From an uncultured Lachnospiraceae bacterium (lineage in GTDB: Bacteria; Bacillota; Clostridia; Lachnospirales; Lachnospiraceae): a stretch of DNA of 64,000 nt. The stretch covers positions 3,511 to 67,510 of the forward strand of contig CASEIR010000009.1 in the NCBI GenBank assembly GCA_949287925.1, read 5' to 3'. The notes beneath the pieces were generated by a model. That model was not told where the DNA came from. It was given only the letters and a program-made list of their open reading frames with translations, and did not search any database. The position numbers and the translations under genes are program-made. Below, piece after piece: positions 49,011-59,327 of this stretch; position 1 is the first letter of the stretch; each line of letters opens with the position of its first letter.

Positions 49011-49928
49011 ATGAAAAAAGAATGGAAAAGGCTGATTCAGACTGTGCTGGGAGTGATGGCGGGAAACGCGGTGCTGGCGTTTGCTGTGGCAGCTTTTGTG
49101 GTGCCCCATGGAATTATTATGGGAGGAGCCACCGGTATCGGCCTGATACTGAGCCGGTTTCTGCCGTTCCCGTTGTCTGTAGTTATTCTGGCTGTGAATG
49201 CATTCCTGTTTGTACTGGGAGCGCTGGTGCTGGGGAAGAAGTTTGCGCTTACCACCATTCTTAGTACATTCATTTATCCGGCGTTTCTGTCCGTTGCCCA
49301 GTCTGTTCCGGGTATTACAGAACTGACGGAAAATATGATGCTTGCCACCATCTATGGTGGCGTGCTGTTGGGAGCAGGCATCGGACTGGTGATAAAAGTG
49401 GGAGCTTCCACCGGAGGAACGGATATTCTGGCGCTTGTATTGAATAAATGGTTTCATATTCCGGTAGCGATTCTGTTATATGTGGTGGATTTCATTGTGC
49501 TGGGAAGCCAGATTTTCTTCTCCACACCGGAACAGGTAATGTACGGGATCATGGCGCTGGTGCTGACGACGGTGATCCTGAACCGGGTGATGCTGCTTGG
49601 AAAATCCCAGATCCAGCTCTTTATTATTTCGGAGAAATATGAGGAAATTAAGGAACGGGTGTTAAAAGAGATGGATGCAGGAGTGACCATGGTTCACATT
49701 GAGACTGGATTTGGAGCCAGACAGCAGAAGGGCGTCTTATGTATTATCCCTAACCGGAAGTTGTATTCTGCAAGAGAACTGGTCCACAGTATCGATGCCA
49801 AAGCATTTATCACGATCACCCAGATCAATGAGGTGAGCGGACGTGGATTTACGCTGGAAAAGGTACCGTATACGGACAAGGAAGATTCTTATGATCCGGA
49901 TTCTGTCAAAGGAAGTCAAAGAGTATAA
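49011..49928 (+). CDS. YitT-family membrane protein
   Basis: GGATGI, GASTGGTDI, C-terminal DUF2179 (ID.KAF...EV.GRGF). Confidence 0.88.
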   Translation: MKKEWKRLIQTVLGVMAGNAVLAFAVAAFVVPHGIIMGGATGIGLILSRFLPFPLSVVILAVNAFLFVLGALVLGKKFALTTILSTFIYPAFLSVAQSVPGITELTENMMLATIYGGVLLGAGIGLVIKVGASTGGTDILALVLNKWFHIPVAILLYVVDFIVLGSQIFFSTPEQVMYGIMALVLTTVILNRVMLLGKSQIQLFIISEKYEEIKERVLKEMDAGVTMVHIETGFGARQQKGVLCIIPNRKLYSARELVHSIDAKAFITITQINEVSGRGFTLEKVPYTDKEDSYDPDSVKGSQRV

Positions 49929-50127
49929 GGCTGCTACACCTCTGGCGCCGGCAATTCTCTGCATTGCGGCATTTTATGGGGTAGGAATTTTATCGACTTA
50001 TGTATATAATAGAATTATGGTAATTGTCACGCAGGGCGTGCTGCCCAAACCAGGGGCGCACGAGCAGTTACTGGAACAGAGAGGACGGTATAACCAGTTG
50101 TACACAGGGAATGCGATTGGAGTATAG
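49891..50127 (+). pseudogene. Collapsed remnant of a heterodimeric ABC exporter gene pair
   Basis: Mosaic of exporter-like N-terminus (MIRILSKEVKEYK), TM fragment (FYGVGILSTYVYNRIMVIVTQG) and NBD C-terminus (HEQLLEQRGRYNQLYTG). Confidence 0.6.
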
Positions 50128-50181
50128 ATAGCAGAAATACGGCATCGGTATGTGATCAGAGAGAGAAAGGAGTGTGGGAAA

Positions 50182-51462
50182 GTGAAACAAACCGATGAAA
50201 AATATCAGGCATATGTGCGGATATTAGAGGAAGAACTGGTTCCTGCCATGGGGTGCACGGAACCGATCGCTCTTGCATATGCGGCTGCGAAAGCAAGAGA
50301 AATTCTGGGCTGCATCCCGGATCAGGTCAAAGTGGAGGCCAGTGGCAGTATCATTAAGAATGTGAAGAGTGTGATTGTGCCGAATACCAACCATCTGAAA
50401 GGGATTCCAGCGGCAGCTGCGGCAGGGATCATAGCAGGGCGTTCCGAGAAGGAGCTGGAGGTTATCGCGGAAGTGTCGAAAGAAGAGATCGATGAGATGA
50501 TCCGGTTTCTAAAGACGGCAAAGATTACGGTGGAGCATGTGGATCATGGTATTACTTTTGAGATTATTATAACCGTATCAAAGGGAAATTCACAGGCCAG
50601 CGTCCGGATCGCCAATTATCATACCAACATCGTCCATATAGAGAAAGACGGGGAAGTGCTTCTGGATATCCCGGTTGAAGGTGAGAAGGAAGAAGGACTG
50701 ACAGACCGGAGCCTTTTGGATATGGAAAGTATCTGGGAATTTGTTAACTGTGTGGATATCGAGGATATCCGTCCCATGATCTCCCGTCAGATCGCGTATA
50801 ATACAGCCATTGCCGATGAGGGCCTCAGAGGAGATTACGGCGCGAATATCGGAAGTGTTTTACTGGATACTTATGGGGACCAGGATGTAAAGATACGGGC
50901 CAAAGCAAGGGCTGCGGCCGGATCGGATGCCAGAATGAACGGCTGCGAGCTTCCGGTGATCATCAATGCGGGAAGCGGGAATCAGGGGATGACGTGTTCC
51001 CTTCCGGTTCTGGAATACGCAAAGGAACTGAAGGCGGATGAACTGCAGACATACCGTGCTCTTGCGCTTTCAAATCTGGTGGCGATCCATCAGAAGACGG
51101 GGATCGGACGGCTGTCGGCATACTGTGGGGCTGTCAGCGCCGGTGCGGCTGCCGGGGCCGGGATTGCTTATCTGTGCGGCGGCGGTTACCAGGAAGTGAT
51201 TCACACGGTGGTCAATGCGCTGGCGATCGTATCCGGGATGGTGTGCGACGGTGCGAAAGCATCCTGCGCGGCCAAGATTGCGGCTTCGGTGGACGCTGGT
51301 ATTCTGGGATATCATATGTTTATCCGGGGGCAGCAGTTCTATGCCGGAGATGGTATCGTAACAAACGGGGTAGAAGCAACCATCCATAATGTCGGAAGAC
51401 TGGGAAAAGATGGAATGAAGGCAACCAATGAAGAGATCATCCGGATGATGATCGGGGAATAA
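50182..51462 (+). CDS. L-cysteine desulfidase-like protein (UPF0597/YhaM, serine dehydratase alpha family)
   Basis: PAMGCTEP, SDARM.G, GSGNQG, GRLSAYCG, GMVCDGAK.SCA.K. Confidence 0.85.
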   Translation: MKQTDEKYQAYVRILEEELVPAMGCTEPIALAYAAAKAREILGCIPDQVKVEASGSIIKNVKSVIVPNTNHLKGIPAAAAAGIIAGRSEKELEVIAEVSKEEIDEMIRFLKTAKITVEHVDHGITFEIIITVSKGNSQASVRIANYHTNIVHIEKDGEVLLDIPVEGEKEEGLTDRSLLDMESIWEFVNCVDIEDIRPMISRQIAYNTAIADEGLRGDYGANIGSVLLDTYGDQDVKIRAKARAAAGSDARMNGCELPVIINAGSGNQGMTCSLPVLEYAKELKADELQTYRALALSNLVAIHQKTGIGRLSAYCGAVSAGAAAGAGIAYLCGGGYQEVIHTVVNALAIVSGMVCDGAKASCAAKIAASVDAGILGYHMFIRGQQFYAGDGIVTNGVEATIHNVGRLGKDGMKATNEEIIRMMIGE

Positions 51463-51499
51463 GATTCAGAAAAATAAGAAACAGGAGGATTAGAATACT

Positions 51500-52384
51500 A
51501 TGGAAATCAGAGAAGGATATATGCCGTTTTTAGAATATAAAACTTACTATCGGATCGTTGGGAAGAAGACCGGGAACAAGAAGCCACTGGTGCTGCTTCA
51601 CGGCGGACCGGGCTCTACCCACAATTACTTTGAAGTTCTGGACCGTCTGGCAGAAGAAGATGGACGTGAACTGGTGATGTACGATCAGATCGGATGCGGG
51701 AATTCATATGTGGAAAACCGGCCGGATCTTTGGACGGCAGATACTTGGATCGCGGAGCTCAAAGCAATCCGGGAGCATCTGGGGCTGGAGGAGATTCATC
51801 TGCTGGGACAGTCCTGGGGCGGTATGCTGCTTTTGGATTATGTCTGCAATCACAAACCGGAAGGACTTAAGAGCCTGATTCTGTCCAGTACCCTGCCGGC
51901 GTCCTGGATGTGGGGAATCGAACAGCACCGTATGATCAAGTTTCTGCCCAAAGAGATGCAGGAGGCCATCGATAAGGCAACTTCTGCCGGTGATTACAGT
52001 GATCCGGCATATGTGGCTGCGGAGACTGAGTATATGCTGCGCCACGCGGCAGGCGAGGTGACGGAGGACTCACCAGAATGCCTGCGCCGTAAGGTACAAA
52101 AAGGCGGAGAGGCATATCTCGTTGGCTGGGGCCCCAATGAATTCACACCTCAGGGAACCTTGAAGGATTATGATGTGACAGAGCAGCTCAAAGACATTCA
52201 GGAACCGGCGCTTGTGATCAGCGGCGGCGATGATCTGTGTACTCCGTATATCGCTAAATACATGTATGACAGGATCCCCAATTCCCAGTGGGAACTGTTC
52301 CGTACCTGTCGCCATATGTGTTTTGTGGAAGATAATGATAGATATGTGGAATTGATGAAAGAATGGCTAAATGCAAATGATTAG
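51500..52384 (+). CDS. pepI: Proline iminopeptidase
   Basis: HGGPGSTHNYFE, YDQIGCG.S, GQSWGG, RHM.FVE. Confidence 0.88.
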   Translation: MEIREGYMPFLEYKTYYRIVGKKTGNKKPLVLLHGGPGSTHNYFEVLDRLAEEDGRELVMYDQIGCGNSYVENRPDLWTADTWIAELKAIREHLGLEEIHLLGQSWGGMLLLDYVCNHKPEGLKSLILSSTLPASWMWGIEQHRMIKFLPKEMQEAIDKATSAGDYSDPAYVAAETEYMLRHAAGEVTEDSPECLRRKVQKGGEAYLVGWGPNEFTPQGTLKDYDVTEQLKDIQEPALVISGGDDLCTPYIAKYMYDRIPNSQWELFRTCRHMCFVEDNDRYVELMKEWLNAND

Positions 52385-52411
52385 AGACTAGCAGTTAGGA
52401 ATTGAGAGAAG

Positions 52412-53296
52412 ATGGAGCGAAAGAAAGGGTTTGCGGCTGCCTTCGCAGCAGGACTTTTATGGGGGGCGTCCAGTCCCATTGCACAGTATTTGTTTGAAGA
52501 TAAGGGAATCGTGTCGGAATGGCTGGTGCCATATCGGCTCTTGTCAGCCGGTATCCTGCTGTTTTTGTATGCGTTTTTGATTCGGCGCCAGGAACCTTTC
52601 GGGATGTGGAAGAATAAGGAAGATGTTCTTAGGCAGATTGCATTTGCCGTGCTGGGAATGATGGGGATGCAGTATACATTTTTTGCGGCAGTCCAGGAGA
52701 CCAACGCCGGTACGGCTACAGTATTTCAATATCTGAATCCGGCTATGCTGATCCTGTATTTTGCGGTTATCTACCGGGTCGCGCCCAAGGCAAAAGAGAT
52801 CATTGCGGTGTTATGCTCTGTCTCTGGCATCCTGTTGGTAGTGACACACGGGAACCTGAACGCTTTGTCAGTCTCCCCCAAAGGGATACTGCTGGGGCTT
52901 TTGGTGGCGTTAACCACCTGCTTTTACGGGGTGATCCCGGGGCCGCTGCTGAAGAAATTTCCGGCAGAGATGGTATGTGCCTGGGCCATGCTCATTGGCG
53001 GCGCAGTTCTGGCCCTGGCAACCCGCCCCTGGCGGATGGAAGCGCAGGTGGATTTGGCGGTGGTGATTGCGTTCCTAAGTATTGTGATCATGGGGACCAT
53101 CCTCCCGTTCTGTTTTTACCTGGCGGCGCTGAAAAGCGTGGGTTCTGTGTACAGCGGACTTTTGTCCAGCGTGGAACCGGTAGCTGCGACGATTCTGGCT
53201 GCCATGTTCCTGGGAACAACGTTCCAGACGATAGATCTGGTGGGATTTGCGTTGGTATTGTCTACGCTGTTTATCCTGAGCATCCATTCCAGATGA
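52412..53296 (+). CDS. EamA/DMT-family transporter
   Basis: Two repeats, LWG, ATVFQY..P, SVEPV.A. Confidence 0.88.
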   Translation: MERKKGFAAAFAAGLLWGASSPIAQYLFEDKGIVSEWLVPYRLLSAGILLFLYAFLIRRQEPFGMWKNKEDVLRQIAFAVLGMMGMQYTFFAAVQETNAGTATVFQYLNPAMLILYFAVIYRVAPKAKEIIAVLCSVSGILLVVTHGNLNALSVSPKGILLGLLVALTTCFYGVIPGPLLKKFPAEMVCAWAMLIGGAVLALATRPWRMEAQVDLAVVIAFLSIVIMGTILPFCFYLAALKSVGSVYSGLLSSVEPVAATILAAMFLGTTFQTIDLVGFALVLSTLFILSIHSR

Positions 53297-53398
53297 TCCC
53301 AATATTCATTTTACACTGATCTTAAAGTCAGACACATAAATAAGACTTTTCTGCAAGTCTGGAATCCTATAAAACTCCGGTTTGTAGTAAGGTCTTAT

Positions 53399-53478
53399 TT
53401 TTTGTACCGGTGCCGGGCAAGCCTTGCTTTTGCCTGACGCCGGCACAAAAAAGGGGCTGTCCGTTTTCGGACAGCCCG
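53399..53478. terminator. Tandem hairpins between convergent genes
   Basis: TTTTTGTACCGGTG..CGCCGGCACAAAAA and GGGCTGTCCG-TTTT-CGGACAGCCC. Confidence 0.55.
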
Positions 53479-53587
53479 CATTGAGAGAATAATGAATGAG
53501 GCTTTTATTACGATATGCCACCTTCAAAATTATTATAGCCGGAGCATGGGATTCTGAAAAGACATCAAAGAACTTCTTAACAGGACT

Positions 53588-54304
53588 TTAGCAGAGCTCA
53601 CGCTCGTCTTCTTTCATCCTGTATCCGACGCCCACCTCTGTGAAGATATATTCGGGCTGTGAAGGGTTTGCCTCTAGTTTGCGGCGGATATTGGCCATGT
53701 TGACACGCAGGATCCGGTTATTGTTATCGGTGTACGGCCCCCAGATGTTAGACATGATCGCGGAGTAGGTCATTACCTTGCCGGAGTTCCGGGCAAGGAA
53801 CGCAACAATCTTATATTCCACCGGAGTCAGGTGTATCTCTTTACCGTTCAGTGTCAGGCGCCTCCGTTCAAAATCCAGTGTCAGATTACCGCTCTGGTAG
53901 GGGCGGATATAGAGAGGACTGCCGGAATCCATCCGGTTGCTGTGTCTGAGGGAAGCCCGGATCCGGGCAAGAAGCTCCGGAGTCCCGAAGGGTTTGGTTA
54001 TGTAATCGTCCGCGCCCAGATCCAAGGCATGGACCTTATCCTGTTCTCCGGTCCGGGCAGAGACTACGATGATCGGACAGCTGGTCCACTCCCGCACGGA
54101 GGAGATAATCTTGTTGCCATCCAGATCTGGAAGTCCCAGATCCAGCAGTATGACGTCCGGACAATGCGAAGTAATAACAGCCAGTCCGGCCTGACCGGAA
54201 GAGGCGGTATATACTTTGTAATCATTGGCTTTCAGGGCTTTTGCCATAAAGTCCAGTATGTTTTTCTCGTCTTCGATAATCAGTACAGAATAATTTTGAG
54301 GCAT
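53588..54304 (-). CDS. OmpR-family response regulator (KdpE-like)
   Basis: LLDLGLPDLDG, GADDYITKPF, LRVNMANIRRK, TEVGVGYR. Confidence 0.92.
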   Translation of the reverse strand: MPQNYSVLIIEDEKNILDFMAKALKANDYKVYTASSGQAGLAVITSHCPDVILLDLGLPDLDGNKIISSVREWTSCPIIVVSARTGEQDKVHALDLGADDYITKPFGTPELLARIRASLRHSNRMDSGSPLYIRPYQSGNLTLDFERRRLTLNGKEIHLTPVEYKIVAFLARNSGKVMTYSAIMSNIWGPYTDNNNRILRVNMANIRRKLEANPSQPEYIFTEVGVGYRMKEDERELC

Positions 54305-54309
54305 GTCAG

Positions 54310-55380
54310 TTATTCTCCTTTGGACAGTGTAAAATAGAATTCCGCTCCGTCATCGTGGTTGCGGGCTGCGAAGAAACCATCGTGGGCCTGGATGATCGTA
54401 TTGCAGATGGAAAGCCCGATCCCCATGCCGCGGCGGGTATCCGGCGGATGGCCGTTTTGGTATTGTCCGCTTAGCATATCCGGTATGGAAGCGATATCGA
54501 TTCCATTGCCGTGGTCAAGAATATGGAAGGTAACGGTATCCGTCTCTTCTGTGATGTGTAGCTCGATGGGATCTGCGCTTTCGGAATGCACGAAAGCATT
54601 TTCCATCAGGTTAATCAGAACCTGCTCAATCAGCAGCGGATCCATTGGAACCAGAAGCATTTCTTTTGGCGCCGTTACCCGGATAGAAATATCCGGGATT
54701 CGTTTTTCCAGCCGGTGGATGGATTCGGCCACGACCTCCTCCACAACTTCTGGCTCTTTCTTGACTTTCTGCTCGTCGCCCTGAATGCGGGTGACAGCCA
54801 GGAGATTTTCCACCATATTCAGAAGCCAGTGGGAATCTTCATTGATGTTCGATACCAGACGAAGCTTTTCTTCTTCTGTCAGTTCCGGTGTATTTTCCAT
54901 ATAAGAGGCGGAAGCTCCGATGATACTGGTCAGCGGAGTCCTAAGATCATGAGAAACCGCCCGGAGAAGATTTGCCCGGATCCGTTCCTTCTCTGATTCG
55001 TTGATTCTGCGTTCACGTTCCGCCAGCATCCGATCCTGAATTTTCAGACGGGTCGTGGTGGCGCTGGTCAGGCTGGTGATGGCCAGCATACATAGAAAAG
55101 TGATGGGATAGCCGCTCAGGGTAAAATTCACTGCGAAAAAAGGATAGGTAAAAAAGCAGTTAATGAAGATTACGCTGAACAGTGCCGAGAAGATTCCGTA
55201 GAGATAGCCATCGGTATGCCGGGCGATCAGGATCAGGGCCAGGATATAGATCAGAGCAATGTTGGCAGAATTGTCCCGGACAAAGTAAAAGAATAAAAAT
55301 GCCAGGGCAGTGGCGGCCAGGAAGATCCCAAAGGTGTAAAAAATATTTTGTTTAATGTTTTTTGTGGTTGCAGATTTCAT
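54310..55380 (-). CDS. Sensor histidine kinase (DUF4118 membrane domain, short KdpD-like)
   Basis: Four TM segments, SHDLRTPL, NLMENA, D.G.GI, G.GIGL. Confidence 0.9.
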   Translation of the reverse strand: MKSATTKNIKQNIFYTFGIFLAATALAFLFFYFVRDNSANIALIYILALILIARHTDGYLYGIFSALFSVIFINCFFTYPFFAVNFTLSGYPITFLCMLAITSLTSATTTRLKIQDRMLAERERRINESEKERIRANLLRAVSHDLRTPLTSIIGASASYMENTPELTEEEKLRLVSNINEDSHWLLNMVENLLAVTRIQGDEQKVKKEPEVVEEVVAESIHRLEKRIPDISIRVTAPKEMLLVPMDPLLIEQVLINLMENAFVHSESADPIELHITEETDTVTFHILDHGNGIDIASIPDMLSGQYQNGHPPDTRRGMGIGLSICNTIIQAHDGFFAARNHDDGAEFYFTLSKGE

Positions 55381-55468
55381 AGAGTCATTATAACATCAAA
55401 AGAAGAAAGAAGGAAATAAAAGATTGCCGTCTGTCATATATTAAAAGTAAAGCCGGAATTCCGGGGTC

Positions 55469-56251
55469 GTGTATATGGAAGATGGACGAAGAAACAGACG
55501 GGTGGGGCAACTGATCCTGGCGGTGGCAGGAGGAATTCTGCTGCTTGGCGCAGTGCGTTATACAGGCAGCAGTATATCCATATCCTCAAATGTGAACGGG
55601 AGAGAGCTGCCCATTCGTTCTGTCGAGACGGAAGAGGCGAAAGTGTCGTTGACTTTTGATGTGGCGTGGAACAGTGAAGACCTGGATATGCTCCTGGAGA
55701 TCTTGGAAAAAGAGGATGTAAGAGCATCGTTTTTTGTCACAGGAGAATGGGTCGGAAAGCATCCGGAGCAGGTTAAAGCAATCTATGAAGGCGGCCATGA
55801 TCTGGGCAATCATACACAGAGCCATGAGAATATGACAATGCTGTCCGAGGAGGACCGAAGAACACAGATTGCCCGGGTACAGGAACAGGTCTGCAGCCTG
55901 ACGGAAACAAAGATGAATCTGTTCCGGCCTCCTTACGGGAATTATGACGATTCTTTAATTCTGCTGGCGAAGGAGCTGGGATATGAAACAGTCACCTGGA
56001 ATATTGACAGCGAGGACTGGAAGGATTATGGAAAAGAGGCAATATTGCGGACGGTGCTTCAAAGTAAAGAACTGAAAAATGGTTCTATCATACTGCTGCA
56101 TGCCGGAACCAGATATCTGGAGAAGGCGCTGCCAGAGTTGATACAGGGACTTTTAGAGCGGGGCTATGTTCCGGTTCCCCTGTCAGAACTGTTGATCCGG
56201 GGGGATTATTGTCTGGATGTGACCGGTAGGCAGCGAGCTGTGCCGCAGTGA
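55469..56251 (+). CDS. Polysaccharide deacetylase (PdaB-like)
   Basis: LTFD.AW, GNHT.SH, FRPPYG, DSEDW, ILLH. Confidence 0.88.
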   Translation: MYMEDGRRNRRVGQLILAVAGGILLLGAVRYTGSSISISSNVNGRELPIRSVETEEAKVSLTFDVAWNSEDLDMLLEILEKEDVRASFFVTGEWVGKHPEQVKAIYEGGHDLGNHTQSHENMTMLSEEDRRTQIARVQEQVCSLTETKMNLFRPPYGNYDDSLILLAKELGYETVTWNIDSEDWKDYGKEAILRTVLQSKELKNGSIILLHAGTRYLEKALPELIQGLLERGYVPVPLSELLIRGDYCLDVTGRQRAVPQ

Positions 56252-56294
56252 GAATCTGAAACAGAAGATCAGAAATCAGGAGAGGTACAACAGG

Positions 56295-56927
56295 ATGATT
56301 ACAGTAACGATAAGTCTGATGATCGTATGCGGAAGTTTGTATAAGGGGCTGGAAAGAAGGTGGGGGAAGAAAGCATTGGTTTTCAAGGCGGCGGCCACTG
56401 CCATGGCGGTGGCCGTATGCCTGGCCGGGACCATAAGGCATTTGGACGCCGCAGCCCTGATGGTATTGGCGGGGCTGATCTGCTGCATGGCGGCGGATGT
56501 GGTGCTTGAGATTGCCTTCATTCCTGGCGGCGGCCTGTTCGGGGCAGGCCATGTATTTTTGATTGCGGCCTTCTGGATCTGGAATCTCCCCTCGTGGAAG
56601 ACGCTGGCCGTCTTTTTGATGGTCTATGGAACGGTCTTTTGGATTTTCCGGAGAGAGTTTCCGAGGCTGGGAAGAAAAAGAGGACTGGCGCTTCTTTATC
56701 TGTTCTTCCTGGGAACTATGGCTTCCATGGCGGTCACCTTGTATGTGGACAAGCCGTCTGCATGGACCGGATGCGCGGCGGCGGGAGGAATCTGTTTCCT
56801 GACTTCCGATGTGATGATCGCCTGGAGAGTGATAAAGAAACGAAGGGAGAGGTGGCTGGACTTGCTGCTCCTTGCTCTATATTATGCTGCGGTTTATCTG
56901 ATTGCCTGCGCCGTTTATTTCCAGTGA
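56295..56927 (+). CDS. YhhN/lysoplasmalogenase-family membrane protein
   Basis: ADV.L, G...F..GH, F..SD..IA, YY.A. Confidence 0.8.
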   Translation: MITVTISLMIVCGSLYKGLERRWGKKALVFKAAATAMAVAVCLAGTIRHLDAAALMVLAGLICCMAADVVLEIAFIPGGGLFGAGHVFLIAAFWIWNLPSWKTLAVFLMVYGTVFWIFRREFPRLGRKRGLALLYLFFLGTMASMAVTLYVDKPSAWTGCAAAGGICFLTSDVMIAWRVIKKRRERWLDLLLLALYYAAVYLIACAVYFQ

Positions 56928-57043
56928 AAATAAGTGGATACAATAAGAGGAAAATGTGCTATAATGCAGATGCATGAAAGGGACCGCGGCACGAAGACGT
57001 GCCGTATCTAAGAAGAAAGTTATCGATACAGGAGGAATTGAGT

Positions 57044-58255
57044 ATGCATATCACAAGAAAAGTAACAGAAGATATCGTATGGGTCGGCTGCAATGACAGA
57101 AGACTGAATCTGTTTGAGAATCTGTTCCCCATTCCCAGAGGGGTTTCTTATAATTCTTATCTGATCCTGGATGAGAAGGTAACACTGATGGACACCATGG
57201 ATGCATCTGCGTCCGGGCAGTTTAAAGAGAATCTGGAATATGCGCTGGACGGCCGTTCTATCGATTACCTGGTGGTACAACATATGGAGCCGGACCATGC
57301 AGCCAACGTCGGGGAGCTTCTGGACCGGTACCCGCAGATGAAGGTGGTGGGCAATGCCAAGACGATCCAGATGATCGGTCAGTTCTTCGACGCCCCGGAA
57401 GCAGAGCGTACTGTGCTTGTCAAGGAAGGCGATACTTTGAATACCGGGAAGCATACCCTGCATTTTGTTATGGCGCCTATGGTACATTGGCCGGAGGTGA
57501 TGGTCACCTATGATGAGACAGAGAAAATTCTGTTCTCCGCAGATGCCTTTGGAACCTTCGGGGCATTGAATGGAAATATTTTCAATGATGAAGTAGATTT
57601 TGAAAAGGACTGGATCAAGGATGCCAGACGTTATTTCACCAATATTGTGGGAAAATACGGCGTGCAGGTACAGGCATTGCTGAAGAAAGCGGCTGCCCTG
57701 GATATTCAGATGATCTGCCCGCTTCACGGACCGGTGTGGAGATCGGATCTGGGGTATTTTATTGAGAAGCATGATAAGTGGAGCCGTTACGAGCCGGAAG
57801 ACAGAGAGGTCGTGATTATCTATGGATCTCTGTACGGACATACGGAACAGGTGGCCAATGCGCTTGCTTCCCGGCTGGCGGATAAAGGGCTTACGCACAT
57901 TTCTGTGTATGATGCTTCTTCCACCCATATTTCGGATCTGATTGCGGAGATTTTTCGTGCCAGCCATATCGTACTGGCATGCCCCACCTACAATGGAGGG
58001 ATTTATCCGCCTATTGAGAATCTGCTCAGTGATATGAAAGCACTGTCGGTTCAGAAACGTACAGTTGCGCTGATCGACAACGGAAGCTGGGCGCCGACGG
58101 CGGGCAAGCAGATCGTGAAAAAGCTGGAAGAACTGAAAGACATCAATTTGCTGGAGATGCAGCTTAGTGTTAAGTCTGCGCTGAAAGCAGGACAGGAAGA
58201 GGAACTGGACAGATTTGCGCAGCAGATCGTGGATTCTCTTGCGGAAGGGGAATAA
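57044..58255 (+). CDS. fprA: Flavodiiron protein (FprA, A-type flavoprotein)
   Basis: HMEPDH, HWPE, SADAFG, PLHG, flavodoxin domain SLYGHT. Confidence 0.92.
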   Translation: MHITRKVTEDIVWVGCNDRRLNLFENLFPIPRGVSYNSYLILDEKVTLMDTMDASASGQFKENLEYALDGRSIDYLVVQHMEPDHAANVGELLDRYPQMKVVGNAKTIQMIGQFFDAPEAERTVLVKEGDTLNTGKHTLHFVMAPMVHWPEVMVTYDETEKILFSADAFGTFGALNGNIFNDEVDFEKDWIKDARRYFTNIVGKYGVQVQALLKKAAALDIQMICPLHGPVWRSDLGYFIEKHDKWSRYEPEDREVVIIYGSLYGHTEQVANALASRLADKGLTHISVYDASSTHISDLIAEIFRASHIVLACPTYNGGIYPPIENLLSDMKALSVQKRTVALIDNGSWAPTAGKQIVKKLEELKDINLLEMQLSVKSALKAGQEEELDRFAQQIVDSLAEGE

Positions 58256-58258
58256 GTC

Positions 58259-58504
58259 ATGGATGAAAGAGTATCGGTGATCAGTATTATCATTAAAGAT
58301 GAGGAAGCGGCAGGGGGTGTCAATGACCTTCTGCACGAATTCCGTCATTATATTATCGGACGTATGGGGATCCCATACCGCGACAGAGGCGTTTCGATCA
58401 TCAGTGTGGTGATCGATGCCCCTCAGGATGCCACAAGCTCCCTGTCCGGGAAGCTTGGCATGATTGAAGGTGTGACTGCCAAAACGCTGACAGCCAGATT
58501 ATAG
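58259..58504 (+). CDS. TM1266-family small regulator (ACT-like)
   Basis: VN.LLH....IIGRMGIPY....SIIS...L.GKLG...GV..K. Confidence 0.8.
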   Translation: MDERVSVISIIIKDEEAAGGVNDLLHEFRHYIIGRMGIPYRDRGVSIISVVIDAPQDATSSLSGKLGMIEGVTAKTLTARL

Positions 58505-58545
58505 AAGCTTATATGTGAAAATTACGTCAATGGGTGTGGAGAAAC

Positions 58546-59190
58546 CTAGAGCCGCTGAATGCCGTTCTGGAGTTCTTCCGCCCATTGTTGCAGTTTATAG
58601 GCCTGTCCGCCGAACAGCTTCAGAATCACGCCGGTGGGATTCTCGACTCCGGCAAAGGCATTGGCCTCGTCTGTATCCACATGCATAGCCAGGGCGAAAT
58701 CAGGGTGTACACGGACGATAACGTCGGCAAAGATTAAAGCCCGTTCGAAGCTTTCTGTAATCACAAAGACTTCATCGTTGTCTTTCACCCGTAATTGGAC
58801 GGCCTGGACGGGTGTCATATGAATGTGACGTTTGGCGACGATGACGCCGTGGTCGATGTCGATAGATCCGTTGGGGCCGGTTAAAGTGCAGCCTGGCGTC
58901 CCTGCCGTATCTCCGGATTGACGGATTACTCCCTGGATTCCAAGTTTACGGGAGTCTGTCATGGAGATCTCCAGCTGTGTCTCCGAACGGAAAGGACCAA
59001 GAATTGCTACGTTTTCAAAGGTGCCTTTGGGTCCTTGCACTGTCAGGCGTTCGTGGGCAACAAACTGTCCCGGCTGGCTTAGGTCGGCTTTGTGGGTCAA
59101 GGTCTTCCCCTCTCCGAATAATGCTTCAAAATCTGCCTGGCACATATGGATGTGGCGGGCGCTGGTTTCGATTGGTACGGCATATCCCAT
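58546..59190 (-). CDS. pduL: Phosphate propanoyltransferase
   Basis: SARHIH, LSQPGQF, LGPFR, R.SGD, AKRHIHM, MHVDTDEANA. Confidence 0.9.
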   Translation of the reverse strand: MGYAVPIETSARHIHMCQADFEALFGEGKTLTHKADLSQPGQFVAHERLTVQGPKGTFENVAILGPFRSETQLEISMTDSRKLGIQGVIRQSGDTAGTPGCTLTGPNGSIDIDHGVIVAKRHIHMTPVQAVQLRVKDNDEVFVITESFERALIFADVIVRVHPDFALAMHVDTDEANAFAGVENPTGVILKLFGGQAYKLQQWAEELQNGIQRL

Positions 59191-59327
59191 AGCCGGGTCC
59201 TCCTTTCTCTGATAAAAATCCTTAATAGCATCATTTTACCAGATTTAAGCTTTATTTCCAACAACAAATGTCATATAATGAGAATACAAAGTGTTCATGG
59301 AGTATAAAATGATAAGGAGGAAAACAT

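Noticed and set aside
53588-55380. kdpDE potassium regulon
   Set aside because: The kinase lacks the KdpD N-terminal, Usp and GAF domains and no kdpFABC is present; only family resemblance.
58546-59190. Bacterial microcompartment locus
   Set aside because: pduL stands alone with no shell genes.
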